Below are positions 51,060 through 62,992 of a DNA stretch of 64,000 bases, piece after piece. The notes under the pieces were generated by a model, which was not told the DNA's origin, did not search any database, and worked only from the letters and a program-made list of their open reading frames with translations. The stretch is from Pocillopora damicornis (Eukaryota): contig NW_020847569.1 in NCBI RefSeq assembly GCF_003704095.1, positions 930,001 to 994,000 on the forward strand, in the 5' to 3' direction. The position numbers and the translations under genes were made by a program. Every line of letters starts with the position of its first letter. Position 1 is the first letter of the stretch.

Positions 51060-51262
51060 CTCTTTGACTCGCACGATCTGATCGTTAATTCCCCCTCTAG
51101 CTGCTGCGCATTTCCTTGTAAATAAGTTAAGAGAATTTAGAGTGAAATCAAGACAACAAATTCTACCTGATAAGTTAGAGTATTCTCATTACCTGCTTGC
51201 TGGATAATGTATGGATATTGTAGAGAGAAGTTACATGTTAATCATTTTCGGGAGTTTAAGGG
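51060..51262. mobile_element. TTAA-type MITE, degenerate copy 5
   Basis: TTAA|CTCTTTGACTCGC...GGGAGTTTAAGGG. Confidence 0.6.
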
Positions 51263-51351
51263 TAGGGGCTGAATTGTTACTGCTATGGCAAAGTGTGAGT
51301 CTTTAATGAGCAAAATTTTCACACTCTACGGAGTATTTATCATCGAATAAA

Positions 51352-51360
51352 GGGGTAAGC

Positions 51361-51396
<36 letters not shown>

Positions 51397-51539
51397 TATA
51401 GCAGGTAATTTAGAGTAGATTAGCGATTATTCTAATCGCTCTGACGAAGGGCTAACGCTCGAAACGTCAGCTTTTTTACCCTTTACGGTGGCTAATTTAC
51501 GTTTTCAATCCAGTTGTTAACACTAACTTACCTGCTATC
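51352..51539. mobile_element. Penelope-like terminal repeat remnant in inverted arrangement
   Basis: ATAGCAGGTAATTTAGAGT (51398) and ACACTAACTTACCTGCTAT (ending 51539) are inverted; contains the minimal hammerhead motif. Confidence 0.7.
51438..51471 (+). ncRNA. Minimal type I hammerhead ribozyme motif
   Basis: GCT-CTGACGA-A-GGGC(TAAC)GCTC-GAAAC-GTC-AGC: core boxes, stem II, loopless palindromic stem III (ACGT), stem I GCT/AGC. Confidence 0.7.
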
Positions 51540-52899
51540 TATCATCGATATTATTAAACGTCCAACTGCAAAACAAGTATTTAACGTTAAGTTATAGCAT
51601 AACCAATACAAGAAGGTCTATTACTCCAAGCATGACCCACATCCTCCTCCGCAATTAATTGTCTTTTCTTTATCTGCGCTAAAGCATTTAACATACCTGT
51701 AGATAACAGTTAAAAATGCAATGACGGAGGGAAGAATCAACGTATTTCTGGAATTCAGGTTGAGGGTCACGTCTAGCAGACGACACCGCAGAATATGAAA
51801 AATTTTAACCCTTAGGGAAGAGGTTAAATTTATTGTCAATACTAGTATGTTTATCCACGATTACCGTTCGATTTCGCATCATTGTAATGTTTTATGACCC
51901 TACCCAACGACTAACATTCTTACTCCCTTACCACCTTTTCCCTAAAAATCTAGGTTGGCTTCCTTTCCCATTGCGAAGCTACGAAATAAAAAGCATTTAT
52001 ATGCTAAAATTATGCTTATTAGCACCACGATCTACATCTTTGAAGATCCAGGAGCTGAAAATATTAAGATAAACTCGGCCGTGCGGGAAAAACGACGCAA
52101 TTCAGATAAAATGAGCAGCTCATTTTGTCTGACTCAGCTCGAGTATGCAGCATCTAAGAATATCATTCTCAGACATAATTGCTGGAGACTAGGATTGCTC
52201 TACATGCAGTGTGCTGAAGTGGAAAGGCTTTTGTTTGTCGTTGGTGTAATGTGTCTGCTTGCGATGTTCGCTTATTGTGTTGCCAAAAGGAGAAAAAGAA
52301 AAAAAAACATATCTTCCTGTAATACGTTAATAAATAAATAAATAATCAAATATATATACAAATAAATTAGACAGTTCAAGAATAAACCATAAGGAAATGA
52401 ATGAATACATATAAGTATACAAAATATGTAACTACACTGGCCGATGCATGTATAATAAAAAACAGTGCACATAGATAGTACTACGTTATCGTACTCAACA
52501 GAGAGAACCTCTGGCTTAACCTTTTACGACGCAATGAGAGTCTACCATAAATAAATGGTCTAAGTTCGAATATCAACGTGTTCATCGCTTAAACGTACAT
52601 AGTAGAAGAAACTTTGGATGTGTCATACACAGTAGAAACAAAGCCCCGAGGAAGCAATTAAAATTCCTGTACCTTTATTGGTGCGAATCGGAACTTTTAA
52701 ATAAAATTTGCAATCTTGCACTCGATCAATTATAACGATTTCGGTCTTGTAAATATTTTGTTTTTTTATTAGTTCTCGTTCCATGGCGTCTTCAGCCGAC
52801 CCTGGAAAACGCCTCCACTCACTTGAGCTGGTATGCTGCTATCGGCCGGTATTTCAAATATGCATTTACTTTGACCAGTGACAGGGTAAGGTCTCGCCT

Positions 52900-55800
52900 C
52901 TACTCTGTCTTTTTGCTTTGTTCTCTCTTTTGCATCCCTTTAAACACAATACGATCATAATAATACAGATAGAATGCCAGCACAAATCTGAGTGGTCCCA
53001 TCAGAATAACCTGCGAGGAGAAAGAAGATCAAAATCAACATACTTAATCAAATCCCAGCGCTCAGTATCGTGCGCATCGAGAATATGAAGTACGCTCGCG
53101 CTGTTGAATGAGATTACACCAATTGACTAACCATGTTATAAAACGGCTTTTAGTTACAAACATACATTTTCTTTTCCTACTCTAATATCCCAAAGGAGTT
53201 GATCATCCTGAACGTAATTATTTATAAGAGGTGTTTTAAAGGATGCAGATGACATATCGCCTCCTTGAACGGTCGCTTCCAGTTCCGTCGCCCTCAAGTG
53301 AAGTTCCGTCGCAACATTGAGATGGTTGGTTGAAGGTTTTGATACTAGGGCCGTCGTTAAAAGAACCATTAAACCTTTAAATAAACTGAGGCCAGTAGTT
53401 GGGGGCGACACAGCTTCAAGTTTGGGTCGACCCAACCGTATTTCGAGACATCGGAGCTTTCCATGAGGGCTACGGAACTAGGGGCGACCGTGCAATGGGG
53501 CGACGTCACCTATCACCTTTGTAGAGAAGCAACGTACTTGTGTTAGTAGCTCCATTAACGATGAGATCGGAGCCAAACCTGCTGTCAACGTGCTCACTAC
53601 GTATCCATCAAAGCCACATGATATCATGAATCGTCTGTCCTGAATGACAACAAAAAATGAATATCACAACCTGTTTGAGATTTGCCACTCGATGTGACAA
53701 TAAACCGACAAAACATCTTGACAGACTTTAAAGCAATTCCATGGAATAATTTATCGCCTACCCCAGGTTTTTGGCAATTTTAACCATTTTCGTCTTAAAG
53801 CACCGAGAATTAATAGTGGACCAAAGAACAGCAAGAATACTAACAATAAAGCGTTAGGCGACCCCGCTCTTCAGAGCGGCAAAGACTAAGTTAACCGTCC
53901 CACGGGATAATTAATGACCTTGAATGCAATTACGATTGTATTAGAGGGAAAATAAATAAGCAAGAATTCAAGACGATATAGCTAAGGTGGTACCGTCTTG
54001 CAACTCACTAAACAGCAAGGAAACGATCATTACTCATCGCCTGAGGGGTTCGGAGTATTTTGATTGAGTCACAATAAAAGTTACATTCTAAAGCTCTGTA
54101 ATATTCGTATGATCCCCCTCATTGACATTCAATTGTCCACCGTCCCCTCCCTTTATACTCTGTCGACGACGACTGATCCCCCTTCCGGTGCCCCTGACAA
54201 CCCTGTGATCCCCCCCCAAAATCCTCCATTCCCCAGATGTCTGGTCTTTAAAGGAAACGACCTGTAGCGAATTACCCTCCACAATTATGTAACATGTTTA
54301 TATACCTTGATCCCTACAACTATGTTACTTGCAACTTGTTCTGGAGTAAAAAGACCTCCTGAGCTACTTATTAGATGGGTTTCTTCAGGCTGAAATGCAA
54401 TAGGAAGGTTATGTTGTTAAGTTATTCATAGCCTTTAGTTTCCTTAATATGAAAAAAAAAATTCATTTCAATCAATGATAAAATTGACAGAAAACATATT
54501 CAAAAATATTCAGTTAAGCTCTCAGACATATTGGCTATAGCACCCAAGTATGCTGATTCAACACTCTTTGGTCAGTTTCTGCTTTTTTACCTTGTTTTTA
54601 TTCTCATTTTCAAATCCTGGTGTGTCTGTGTCTGGTGGAAAAGCCACAGAGACAGCAATATCATAAGGCTTCACCTACCAAAATGTATAAGAGTTTGAAG
54701 GGAGGTTAAATTTCTCCAAGATTTACCTAGTGCCAATCTGCTGCAAGTACAAAATCTATGTTCTGCCCTTTAGCTTGGGAAAAAAAAACAAAAAAAAAAA
54801 GCAAAAAATAACAGAGAGGAAGTAACTTTTTTGAGTCATAAGCTGAGGGCATCATCAAACCAGCACAAAGGAAAACAGATTGCTAAAATCAGAAGATTTA
54901 CACAAAATCTTCAATAAACTCCCACACATCAGCTCAAACATGTTTTACATACTAAGCCAACATGACCTATAAGCGCTGCAGGAAATTTTTCAGCTCTGTT
55001 GCTTCAGCAGCACTAGCTCAGAGACTTAGAGTAATGTATAAATAAGTAATGGTATTTCATCAAGTTTAACTGCCATTACTCATCTAGTATACTCTAGGAA
55101 AGAAAAATTATCCCTGTGAGAGTACACTGTCTTGCTCATGATCACAGTAAAACTATAGTAGAGTCTGGAACTCAACCCTTGTATGATCCAGAGTTCCATG
55201 ACCCGGAGGCAAATGCATTTACCTCTAACAGTTATATGCCTGTAGTTATACCCATTTCATAAGCAATTAATCATAGAATAATTAATTCATATTGACAGTT
55301 ATTAACAAGAGGCATGCCTTGGTGAAAAGAACCAAGGATTTAGATACCTCCATGAACAATGTTTCTGCAAAACCCCTAACTGCAAACTTTGAAGGTGAAT
55401 AAGCTGTAAATCCAAATATACCAAACTGAAAAACACCAAGACAAAATCAAATCAAATAATCATGCACACGAAGAAGCAAATTTCCTGATTCAAATTTTCC
55501 CTTCCTTTTAAAGTAAGACATAGGCTCGATTACCAGCCATTGTTCAGGAACATGAGCCCACACTCCTTCCCCCCAAAACCACATGGAGAAGAGGAGACCA
55601 GACACAAGAGAGTGGTGGAAGTCAAGCCCAAGTAAGACATTGATCAGGTGTGAACACAAATCTCTGTGAGTAAAATTACTTAATGAAAGACAGTAATTTA
55701 TTTTAGACTAGAAGCTTTTAAATTTTAATATAAAGTTAGCTCAGTCTACAATTGTAGCCAGTGGCTAGTATCAAGTTATGGTGTTACTTTAGTTAGAAAT

Positions 55801-58800
55801 GTCTCAATTGCACCAGACAGCTTTCAACAAAAAGGGAGCTGTGAAGTATTTGACCATCATGAAATTGCCACAACTCACAATTAGAACCCTACCCTACTTA
55901 CCTGCCCTCCTATTGACGATACAAACACAAGGTGACCTTTTCTCCGCTGCTTCATCCTTTTTATGACAGCATGACTTGTGAACACACTAGCCAAATAGTT
56001 AGTGTTTATCATTGCCTGTAAGATTTTACAGAATTTTACACATTTTTAAGTTTTGTTTTTTTTTCTTTAATAAACTGTCATAACCCTTGTAGAAAATGTG
56101 CAAAAGAATAAAAAGTTCCTGCCTCTGTAACTGAGACACCAATTATACAAGGGGAAAGTTAGGTTACTTTTACTACCTTGTGTACATTTAAGGTATTCAT
56201 TACTAAAAGTAGAAAAAATAAATATACTTTTTTTCAAACTACTAGATATATGCTGAAATTCAGCAAACCTTTGCTGGTTTTAACATCTTTAAGTCTTCAA
56301 ATTGAAAGAAGGAAATGTTGTGGGAAACCATCAAGCACCATATTAATCTCAATTTGGAATTTCATAAAGACATTCAATGGTGGTGCAAATTTTTGTGTGC
56401 ATATAATGGTGTGTCCGAAAGTAAGATATGGTTTCGTAATAAAAGCTGTCAAACAATGCTTTTCTTCTGTTTTTGAAAATCACATCTCAGACAACAATTT
56501 GATGATAAACTTTAGTCTCAAATTCAACCTTAAAATCCTCAATTGAAGTTTCTTCAAACAAGCCACAGACTGCAAAGCCAGCGCAGTTGATAAGAATGTC
56601 TATTGGGCCTAAGGCTTCAGATGCCTGCAAAACAAAAACAAACCAACAAACAAGAAAATTCATTATGTCTACCTTGCACTCTGATCACGACTATTTAAAA
56701 TATACATAACACAATGTCTAGAAAAAAAAGTTATACTTCTGACAACTTATTACAGGCATTAGAAAATTATTGCAATGGATTTTTGTGCCAATGAAGGAGA
56801 GGAGTTGTTATATTTGATGCAGTTACTTTAAAACCAGATTATTCAAAAACACTATGTAACCCGTTATATATTACTAAGATAAACATAAATTAGTAAGATT
56901 CAATATATTTTGCAGATGAAATTTTGACCAGTCTGTCATAATTTTCAAACAAAGTGTTCGATCAGGGTTGGTGCAATGTTAATGTCACATTTCACCCTTT
57001 AACCCCTAAGAGTATCTAGCATCTAATTTCTCCTTACAATATCACCCTTGAATCAAACATTAAGGTCATGAGAATAGAGGAAATGATCACCAACTAGAGC
57101 AGCTCCTGATTATTAAACAAATTCTCTTTGTTAGCACCCTTGGGAATGTATAGTGAATAGTATGGAGAATATGGATACTGATATGAGGGGGTAAAGGGTT
57201 AAGATGAACATGATTATTGGGCAGCCACAGTTGAATCACTTCAACTTTTCAAGCAAATCATCATAATGATGATTTGCTTGAAAAGTTGATTATTTTGAAG
57301 TAATAACAGCAACATCTTTTTGATAGAAATTTTTCAATTGTTGAATTGGTTCAATATTAAATAGAGATTAAGGGAAGTGTCTGTTCTGTGTTTATTAATA
57401 GACACAAATAATATCAGAATGCAAATGTATCCCATGTCTCTAAGAGTCAAGGTAACCTACCAGTAGTTTAAAAAAAGAAAAGTAGTCTATGAAAAAAGTC
57501 ATTTATTTTAGTGTTATATTTTTTTCTTTTATCTGAAAGAGGATGCACCTACCTGATCTAAAGTATTCTCTACATCTTCTGCATTAGTAGTAAGATCTAC
57601 AGACAAAGCTAAGACCTGAATTGGAGTACAGACTTTCATGAATAAAGCAGTTAAAAAAAGTTTAAGTGATATGTTCATTAGCATCTGACACACGAAGCAA
57701 GTCTTCCAAATTAGAGATTAATTCAAGCAGGTGGAAAGATTATTGTACCTTCCTCTCTGGAGCTAGATGTTTCTTCACTTCTTTTAATGTTTCCTCTAGT
57801 CTACTCTGGAATGGGAAGTAATTCAAAATAAATAGTTACACTCTCATCAATCAGTAACAGAGAAATCAAGATTTTAGAGTAGAGAAACAATTTCATAAAA
57901 CATTCACATTAATTTTGGAGAAAGTACAGAATTGCCAGGATATAGCCAAGATAGGTAGTTTATCTAAGCAACTGGGTAGCTCTGAGGGCCTCATAAGTTC
58001 TTTTAGATCCAAGGAAGATCAAGGCTTCCTCCCCCACCTCCCACTGGGAAATTCTTAATTTCTTCCTGCCATCCAGTTGCAACTGATGGAGCACCACCAG
58101 GATATTAATCATTGACATGCATTATAACTCCTGGAATATAATTTAGCCTGAAACAAGGGATGATATCCAAAATAGTTACCCTCAACTAGCATTTTAGAGG
58201 TATTAGGGGGTATAGCAAGTTGGTAACCTTGACCCTTTCCACCCTAACATCAGTATGCATATTCTCTATACTGTTCTCCATACATCTCCCAGGGTAGAGA
58301 ATTTGTTTAACAATCAAGAGCTTCTTTAGTTAGTGGTCATTTTCTTTATTCTTAATTGACCTAACAAGGGATTCAGGGGTGATATTGTAAGGAGAAATTA
58401 GATGCTAGTCACCCTTAGGGGTTAAAGGGTCAATAAATTTGTTTTCACCCTTTCATGTTAGAGAGAGATAATATACACACCCTTCACCCACCCTACCCCC
58501 CTCTACAGTAAGCAACAAAAGAGGATAAATACTTTCTTGAAAAAAAGACAGTTGTAAAAACAATCATCTTTCCATCCTTTTTTTCACAACAACTGCCTCT
58601 TATATACCTTAGCCCTTGCTCTATTCAATGTTTAGAAAGAAAGAAAAAACACTCTTGGTGATAGATAGACAGCACATCATTTGTGAATTAGGGTGACTGG
58701 GGTAGAATCTAAAGGGTGAGAGGTACAACTAACCCAAAATTCAGAAAAATAGGTGTCTCAATCGTTTTGTCACTAATGCAGCTAAGCCTGTAATGAAAAG

Positions 58801-59366
58801 TTGTTCTTGAGAGGGATGGGGTGTGGTCCTCAGGAGGGGTGCAGTGTCTGGGCTGAGCTAAATTTCCTGTAGCATTTGGTATCGTGATAGGAACGTAACC
58901 AATTATTTATTTTCCGATGTCACTCTCTATAATATATACTTATGAGAAACCCCACGTTACTGACGCGAACTGAGAGTACACTAGTCATATGATGATCAGC
59001 ATGGATTGACCACGTGAACGCAAGTTATGATCGAAGACGAAAAATACATAAACCTTACCATATTTCGAGCGATAATTGTCACGTTGGCTCCACATTTGGC
59101 CAGTTTTATCGCTAAAGCCTTTCCAATACCACTTGACCCACCAGTAACCTGAAACAAACAGAAGACAAAACACTCACCACAATAAATTCAACTTTTGCGA
59201 TCTGTTCATTCTCGTTTCCAGAGTTTCCGTCGAAATTTGCAGAAACAGTTTCAAATCTTACCACAGCATGAGCTCCGTTAATTTCAGTTTTCTTCGTATT
59301 CAAAATTTCAATGAGAAAAAGACTCGATACACAGGCGAGAGTTGCAATAATGACCCACTCCAACAT
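52900..59366 (-). CDS. KDSR: 3-ketodihydrosphingosine reductase, 11 exons (59366-59262, 59148-59059, 57805-57749, 57615-57553, 56624-56529, 56015-55902, 55426-55349, 54674-54591, 54389-54306, 53639-53538, 53010-52900)
   Basis: GAHAV|[24 protein letters not shown]|[18 protein letters not shown] (YxxxK), VKPY...[15 protein letters not shown]-terminal KKTE ER-retrieval motif; N-terminal TM segment; some internal boundaries may be off by a base or two. Confidence 0.92.
53247..53511. mobile_element. MITE with ~60-bp imperfect inverted ends in the last KDSR intron
   Basis: TCGCCTCCTTGAACGGTCGCTTCCAGTTCCGTCGCCCTCA vs TGAGGGCTACGGAACTAGGGGCGACCGTGCAATGGGGCGA. Confidence 0.65.
56995..57198. mobile_element. 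TTAA-type MITE copy 6
   Basis: TTCA|CCCTTTAACCCCT...GGGGGTAAAGGG|TTAA. Confidence 0.8.
57241..57289. repeat. Perfect palindrome, 24-bp arms, 1-nt spacer
   Basis: TCAACTTTTCAAGCAAATCATCAT-A-ATGATGATTTGCTTGAAAAGTTGA. Confidence 0.92.
58233..58429. mobile_element. TTAA-type MITE copy 7
   Basis: TTGA|CCCTTTCCACCCT...AGGGGTTAAAGGG|TCAA; interior similar to 1660-1863. Confidence 0.78.
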
Positions 59367-60406
59367 CTCTGTTGTCTTTTCATCCAAATGCCTTCTGACG
59401 AAAACTAAACAACATACAAAACAACTAAGCGAAATACCGCTGGCAAAATCTCATTCTAGCAAAGTAACGAGGGCGATTGACAGTCCAAGCAGGGCTCCCT
59501 CTGTCGTTGAGAAATGATTACCGAGAAGAGAAAGGGCAAGAAAGAAAACGAAAAAGGGACGAGACTGGGCTAATTTCTGACAGCTCGGGTTTCACTAGAT
59601 AATAACTACCCTTGATTTAGGGCTCAAGGTGACTCAATTCCAGAATGTGTTAACCTCTCATCCCTTGCTTTTACAAACAGGAGACTGTGCTCACACATAA
59701 TTGGGGTCACAGCTTTGACAAGTAGAACTCTAAAGCAACTATCTTTATTTCAATCTCTCTGTATGTCGACATATATTTTTTTCTAGCATGACCTTCAACA
59801 CAAAATGTATATATACATTTGTAAATATCCAAGTTTATTTGCCAGCAACATAACATGAGTAATTGAAGGTGCCATTGTGGGGCATACTCCCCCAGGAAAT
59901 TGTGAAAAAAAAGAAATTAATGCAGCAAAGATGTGCATCCCACATTCCAAAGTTAGTATGCAGGAAAGAGGTAGTAAATTATAATACAACGTTAATTAAT
60001 TTTAATGCTACTTGATTAATTTAAGCAGCAGTTTGCTATCTTAAAATCAACATTTTAAATCACAAACTTTAAATGCCTTTATCAAATCACCAATATTGAA
60101 ATTGATTTCTAATTTGCACTTCAACAGAGCATGTTATTTAAAAATTTTAACTTCTGCATCAACAGCTTTGGTAATAAATATTACCTTTACTGAATAATAA
60201 TGATAATAAATGAGTACATTGACAAAAACTACCAGCATTTATTGACAGCTTCAAATTGTGCTATGGTCCACAACTTCTGTCATTATTTTATTATCATTAA
60301 TGTCTTTGTTTATATATTTTTTCTTGTTAACACTCTAGCAACAGTCTACAGTCACACCCCACATTGGTGTTTGTCTTTTTTCCTAATATTTAGTTTCCAT
60401 CTTACA

Positions 60407-61936
60407 TTATACATTGATGCTCAGATTTATCTGCCCTCCAGAGTATTGTTCTTCAATATCTTTTCTCTGATTGATAAGCTTAATAGGAAGTTCAGTGCTG
60501 TTTTCTAAAAGTCCATGTGTCCTAGAATCCCTTAGAGCAAACAGAGTAATCCCTGATTTGTATGCAGCAGGAATAGTGATGTGTGTTGTTAACAGCTCTC
60601 TGTGTTTAATTTCACTTCCATGAAGTAGAAGAAGTGTTTCTTCTTTTACCATGCGATTAACCTGCTCTTGGACTTTCAATTCAATCCACCTTTGATTTAT
60701 TCCATCAGAGTTCCAAGAAGAATAGTCAATATTGTTACTCCATCGCCGTATGATGTCATGCCGGCGAATGAGAAGAACAGATTCACTGCAAAGCTGTTTA
60801 GATATTTCATTAAAGGGGCACACTGCCTCTGGATTAGTAAGATGAACCCCATTGCTGCTCACACCACAAATAACTTGATGATGCCAAGCATCTGGTATTG
60901 TTCCATCAGTCAAAGGAACCTTTTGACAATTTAAGGTTGCTACAGGTATGGCACCATGTATGAGCCAATATTTCAGCCAATTTTCTAAGTCAAAGTCACG
61001 TTCAGGGTACATGTGAAAGAACTGCCCAACAATTTCTCCACAGGTTAGTTTTCCTAGGCCCTTGATGAGATCTATATGTGTTGTTCCTGCAACACTACGA
61101 GATGAAAGATATTGTGGTAAAGGAGCTTCAAGATCTCTTAGCTTGGTTTTTACTGCATTATTTGCCTCATCCACTGATGCAGATCTTCCAAGCAATTTCT
61201 AGAAGCAAGGTGTAAGGCGTTAGGAGTGGCATCATTCAGTTATTACCCTATTTTTACAGTTTTTTGGCCCAGCTAATTTCCTGTGCAGCAGGTGATTTTG
61301 TAGTTTACATTTTGAAAAGTTAACCTGAAGTATAGGGCACCATTTTTTTCTCTCGATCGCTTCTCCGATGCAACTCGGCTGAAACACGATCTCCTATGAA
61401 ATGGCAGACGATTTGATTGAGAAATAACAGATACATATTGTTGCCATTTATTGTAACATATATTTGTACAATTTTTCAACTGAAGTGCCATGATTGGCAT
61501 TGTCCTTTCTGGCCGAAAATAATCTGAAGAGAGCGACAAGGCGTTTTTTTCGTTTCATCGTTAAGGCAATATAAATGCACGCAGGTGCCCTTATTTTGAT
61601 TGAGGGTGAAAAGGGTACTATTATTTTCAAAGGCTCAGTTTTAGCAAATGCCAACTTTGAAATCCAACAAAATGACTTTACTAGCGAGGCATGTCTGGTC
61701 TACATGCAAGGCAACTAGGTGCTCTCACATACACTGGTATTCGCATATTAAACATACTCTACAGATGCACAATTAAACTACTTTACCAGAACATTTAAAA
61801 CTGCTGTAGCTCCACAAGCCGATGCACCGACTTGTTCTATCTGCTTTTTAGCCACCTCAGTCTCGTCCCAGAGGACAACTCTCTCAGGTAGCTTAACATC
61901 AGTTAGCGCGTAAAATGTCGAAGGATGTGTCGCCAT
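60407..61936 (-). CDS. Uncharacterised ~313-aa protein with a putative papain-like/C39-like cysteine peptidase fold; exons 61936-61787 and 61198-60407
   Basis: Phase-0 GT-AG intron joins MATHPSTF...QIEQVGASACGATAVLNVL to KLLGRSAS...; WHHQVICGVSSNGVHLTNP in exon 2. Confidence 0.78.
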
Positions 61937-62311
61937 GTTCTGATCCCATCGAGGAGCATCAACAAATCACAATAGATCCGTGTGGGGGAGGGGCGCAGCT
62001 TGCAAATATCATCTTCCTCTAGGGAGGGAGGTACAGTGGTTTCCTTTGACCTACCTTGCCACCATTTTTCACCCCTCAATTATAGACATTTTGAAGACAT
62101 CTTCACCAGTTTTACTCAATTAAATAGGAAGTACTGTTTTAAACAAGATTTAGTGGGGGAATTTGAGGAACCGGCTCAGTTCAGTATTAACAGGCCCTAA
62201 AAGAAACTACTCCGCAACCCCGTCCTTACCTGTGTCCAATTAGTGTTCCTGCTCAGGAAGAAACCGCTGACAATGAGGAGAGGAAAAGTTCGTTGACTTT
62301 ATCTCCAAAAT

Positions 62312-62992
62312 ATGGCCCTCTCTCCCTTAAAATTACCTAAGTTATGTGGTTCTCGTGCATATATTCTTCCCAAAGCTCGCCAAGTTTCAAAGTGGATTCC
62401 TAGCTCGATCAGAACACTCCTAAATATTGACAGCCTGCAAGCGCGACAAATAGGCGATCCAATATTACGCGAGGAAGCAGAGACAGTGGACATCACAACT
62501 ATACATTCTCCCGAATTCAAACAAATGATTGAGCGAATGTTCAGGGTCATGAGAAAGGCAGAAGGTTTCGGCATCGCTGCGCCACAGATTGGAGTTGGAC
62601 TTCGCGTAATCGTGGTCGAGTTTACTGGAAAACACATCAAAATGTTAAAAGACAAAGGAGCAACGGACAAAGAACTAAAACGTCTTGGGATTGCTTTAGT
62701 CCCACCGAAAGTTTTTATCAACCCTGAGTACAAAACAATCGACCAAACTCTGCTTGCGTTCCGTGAGGGGTGTTTAAGTGTTGAAGGTTATTCAGCGGTT
62801 GTTCCTCGGGCCAAAGAGATCGAAGTTTCTGCGCTTGATACAGAAGCTCGACCAGTCACGTGGAGAACTATGGGATGGCCAGCGAGAATCATACAGCACG
62901 AGGTTGATCACTTAAAGGGAAATCTCTTTATAGACTCCATGCTTTATAAATCGTTTCAAAAGAACGATTGGAGAAATTACACCAAGAAATAA
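62312..62992 (+). CDS. PDF: Peptide deformylase, mitochondrial; intronless
   Basis: Motifs GFGIAAPQIG, EGCLSV, QHEVDHLKG; basic, acid-free N-terminal presequence. Confidence 0.96.
   Translation: MALSPLKLPKLCGSRAYILPKARQVSKWIPSSIRTLLNIDSLQARQIGDPILREEAETVDITTIHSPEFKQMIERMFRVMRKAEGFGIAAPQIGVGLRVIVVEFTGKHIKMLKDKGATDKELKRLGIALVPPKVFINPEYKTIDQTLLAFREGCLSVEGYSAVVPRAKEIEVSALDTEARPVTWRTMGWPARIIQHEVDHLKGNLFIDSMLYKSFQKNDWRNYTKK

Noticed and set aside
52900-59366. Functional link between KDSR (sphingolipid synthesis) and the disulfide-less GPCRs
   Set aside because: More than 35 kb apart with unrelated genes in between; proximity alone is not evidence in an animal genome
62312-62992. Intronless PDF as bacterial contamination or recent horizontal transfer
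   Set aside because: Animals encode a mitochondrial PDF; it has a presequence and is contiguous with intron-containing genes
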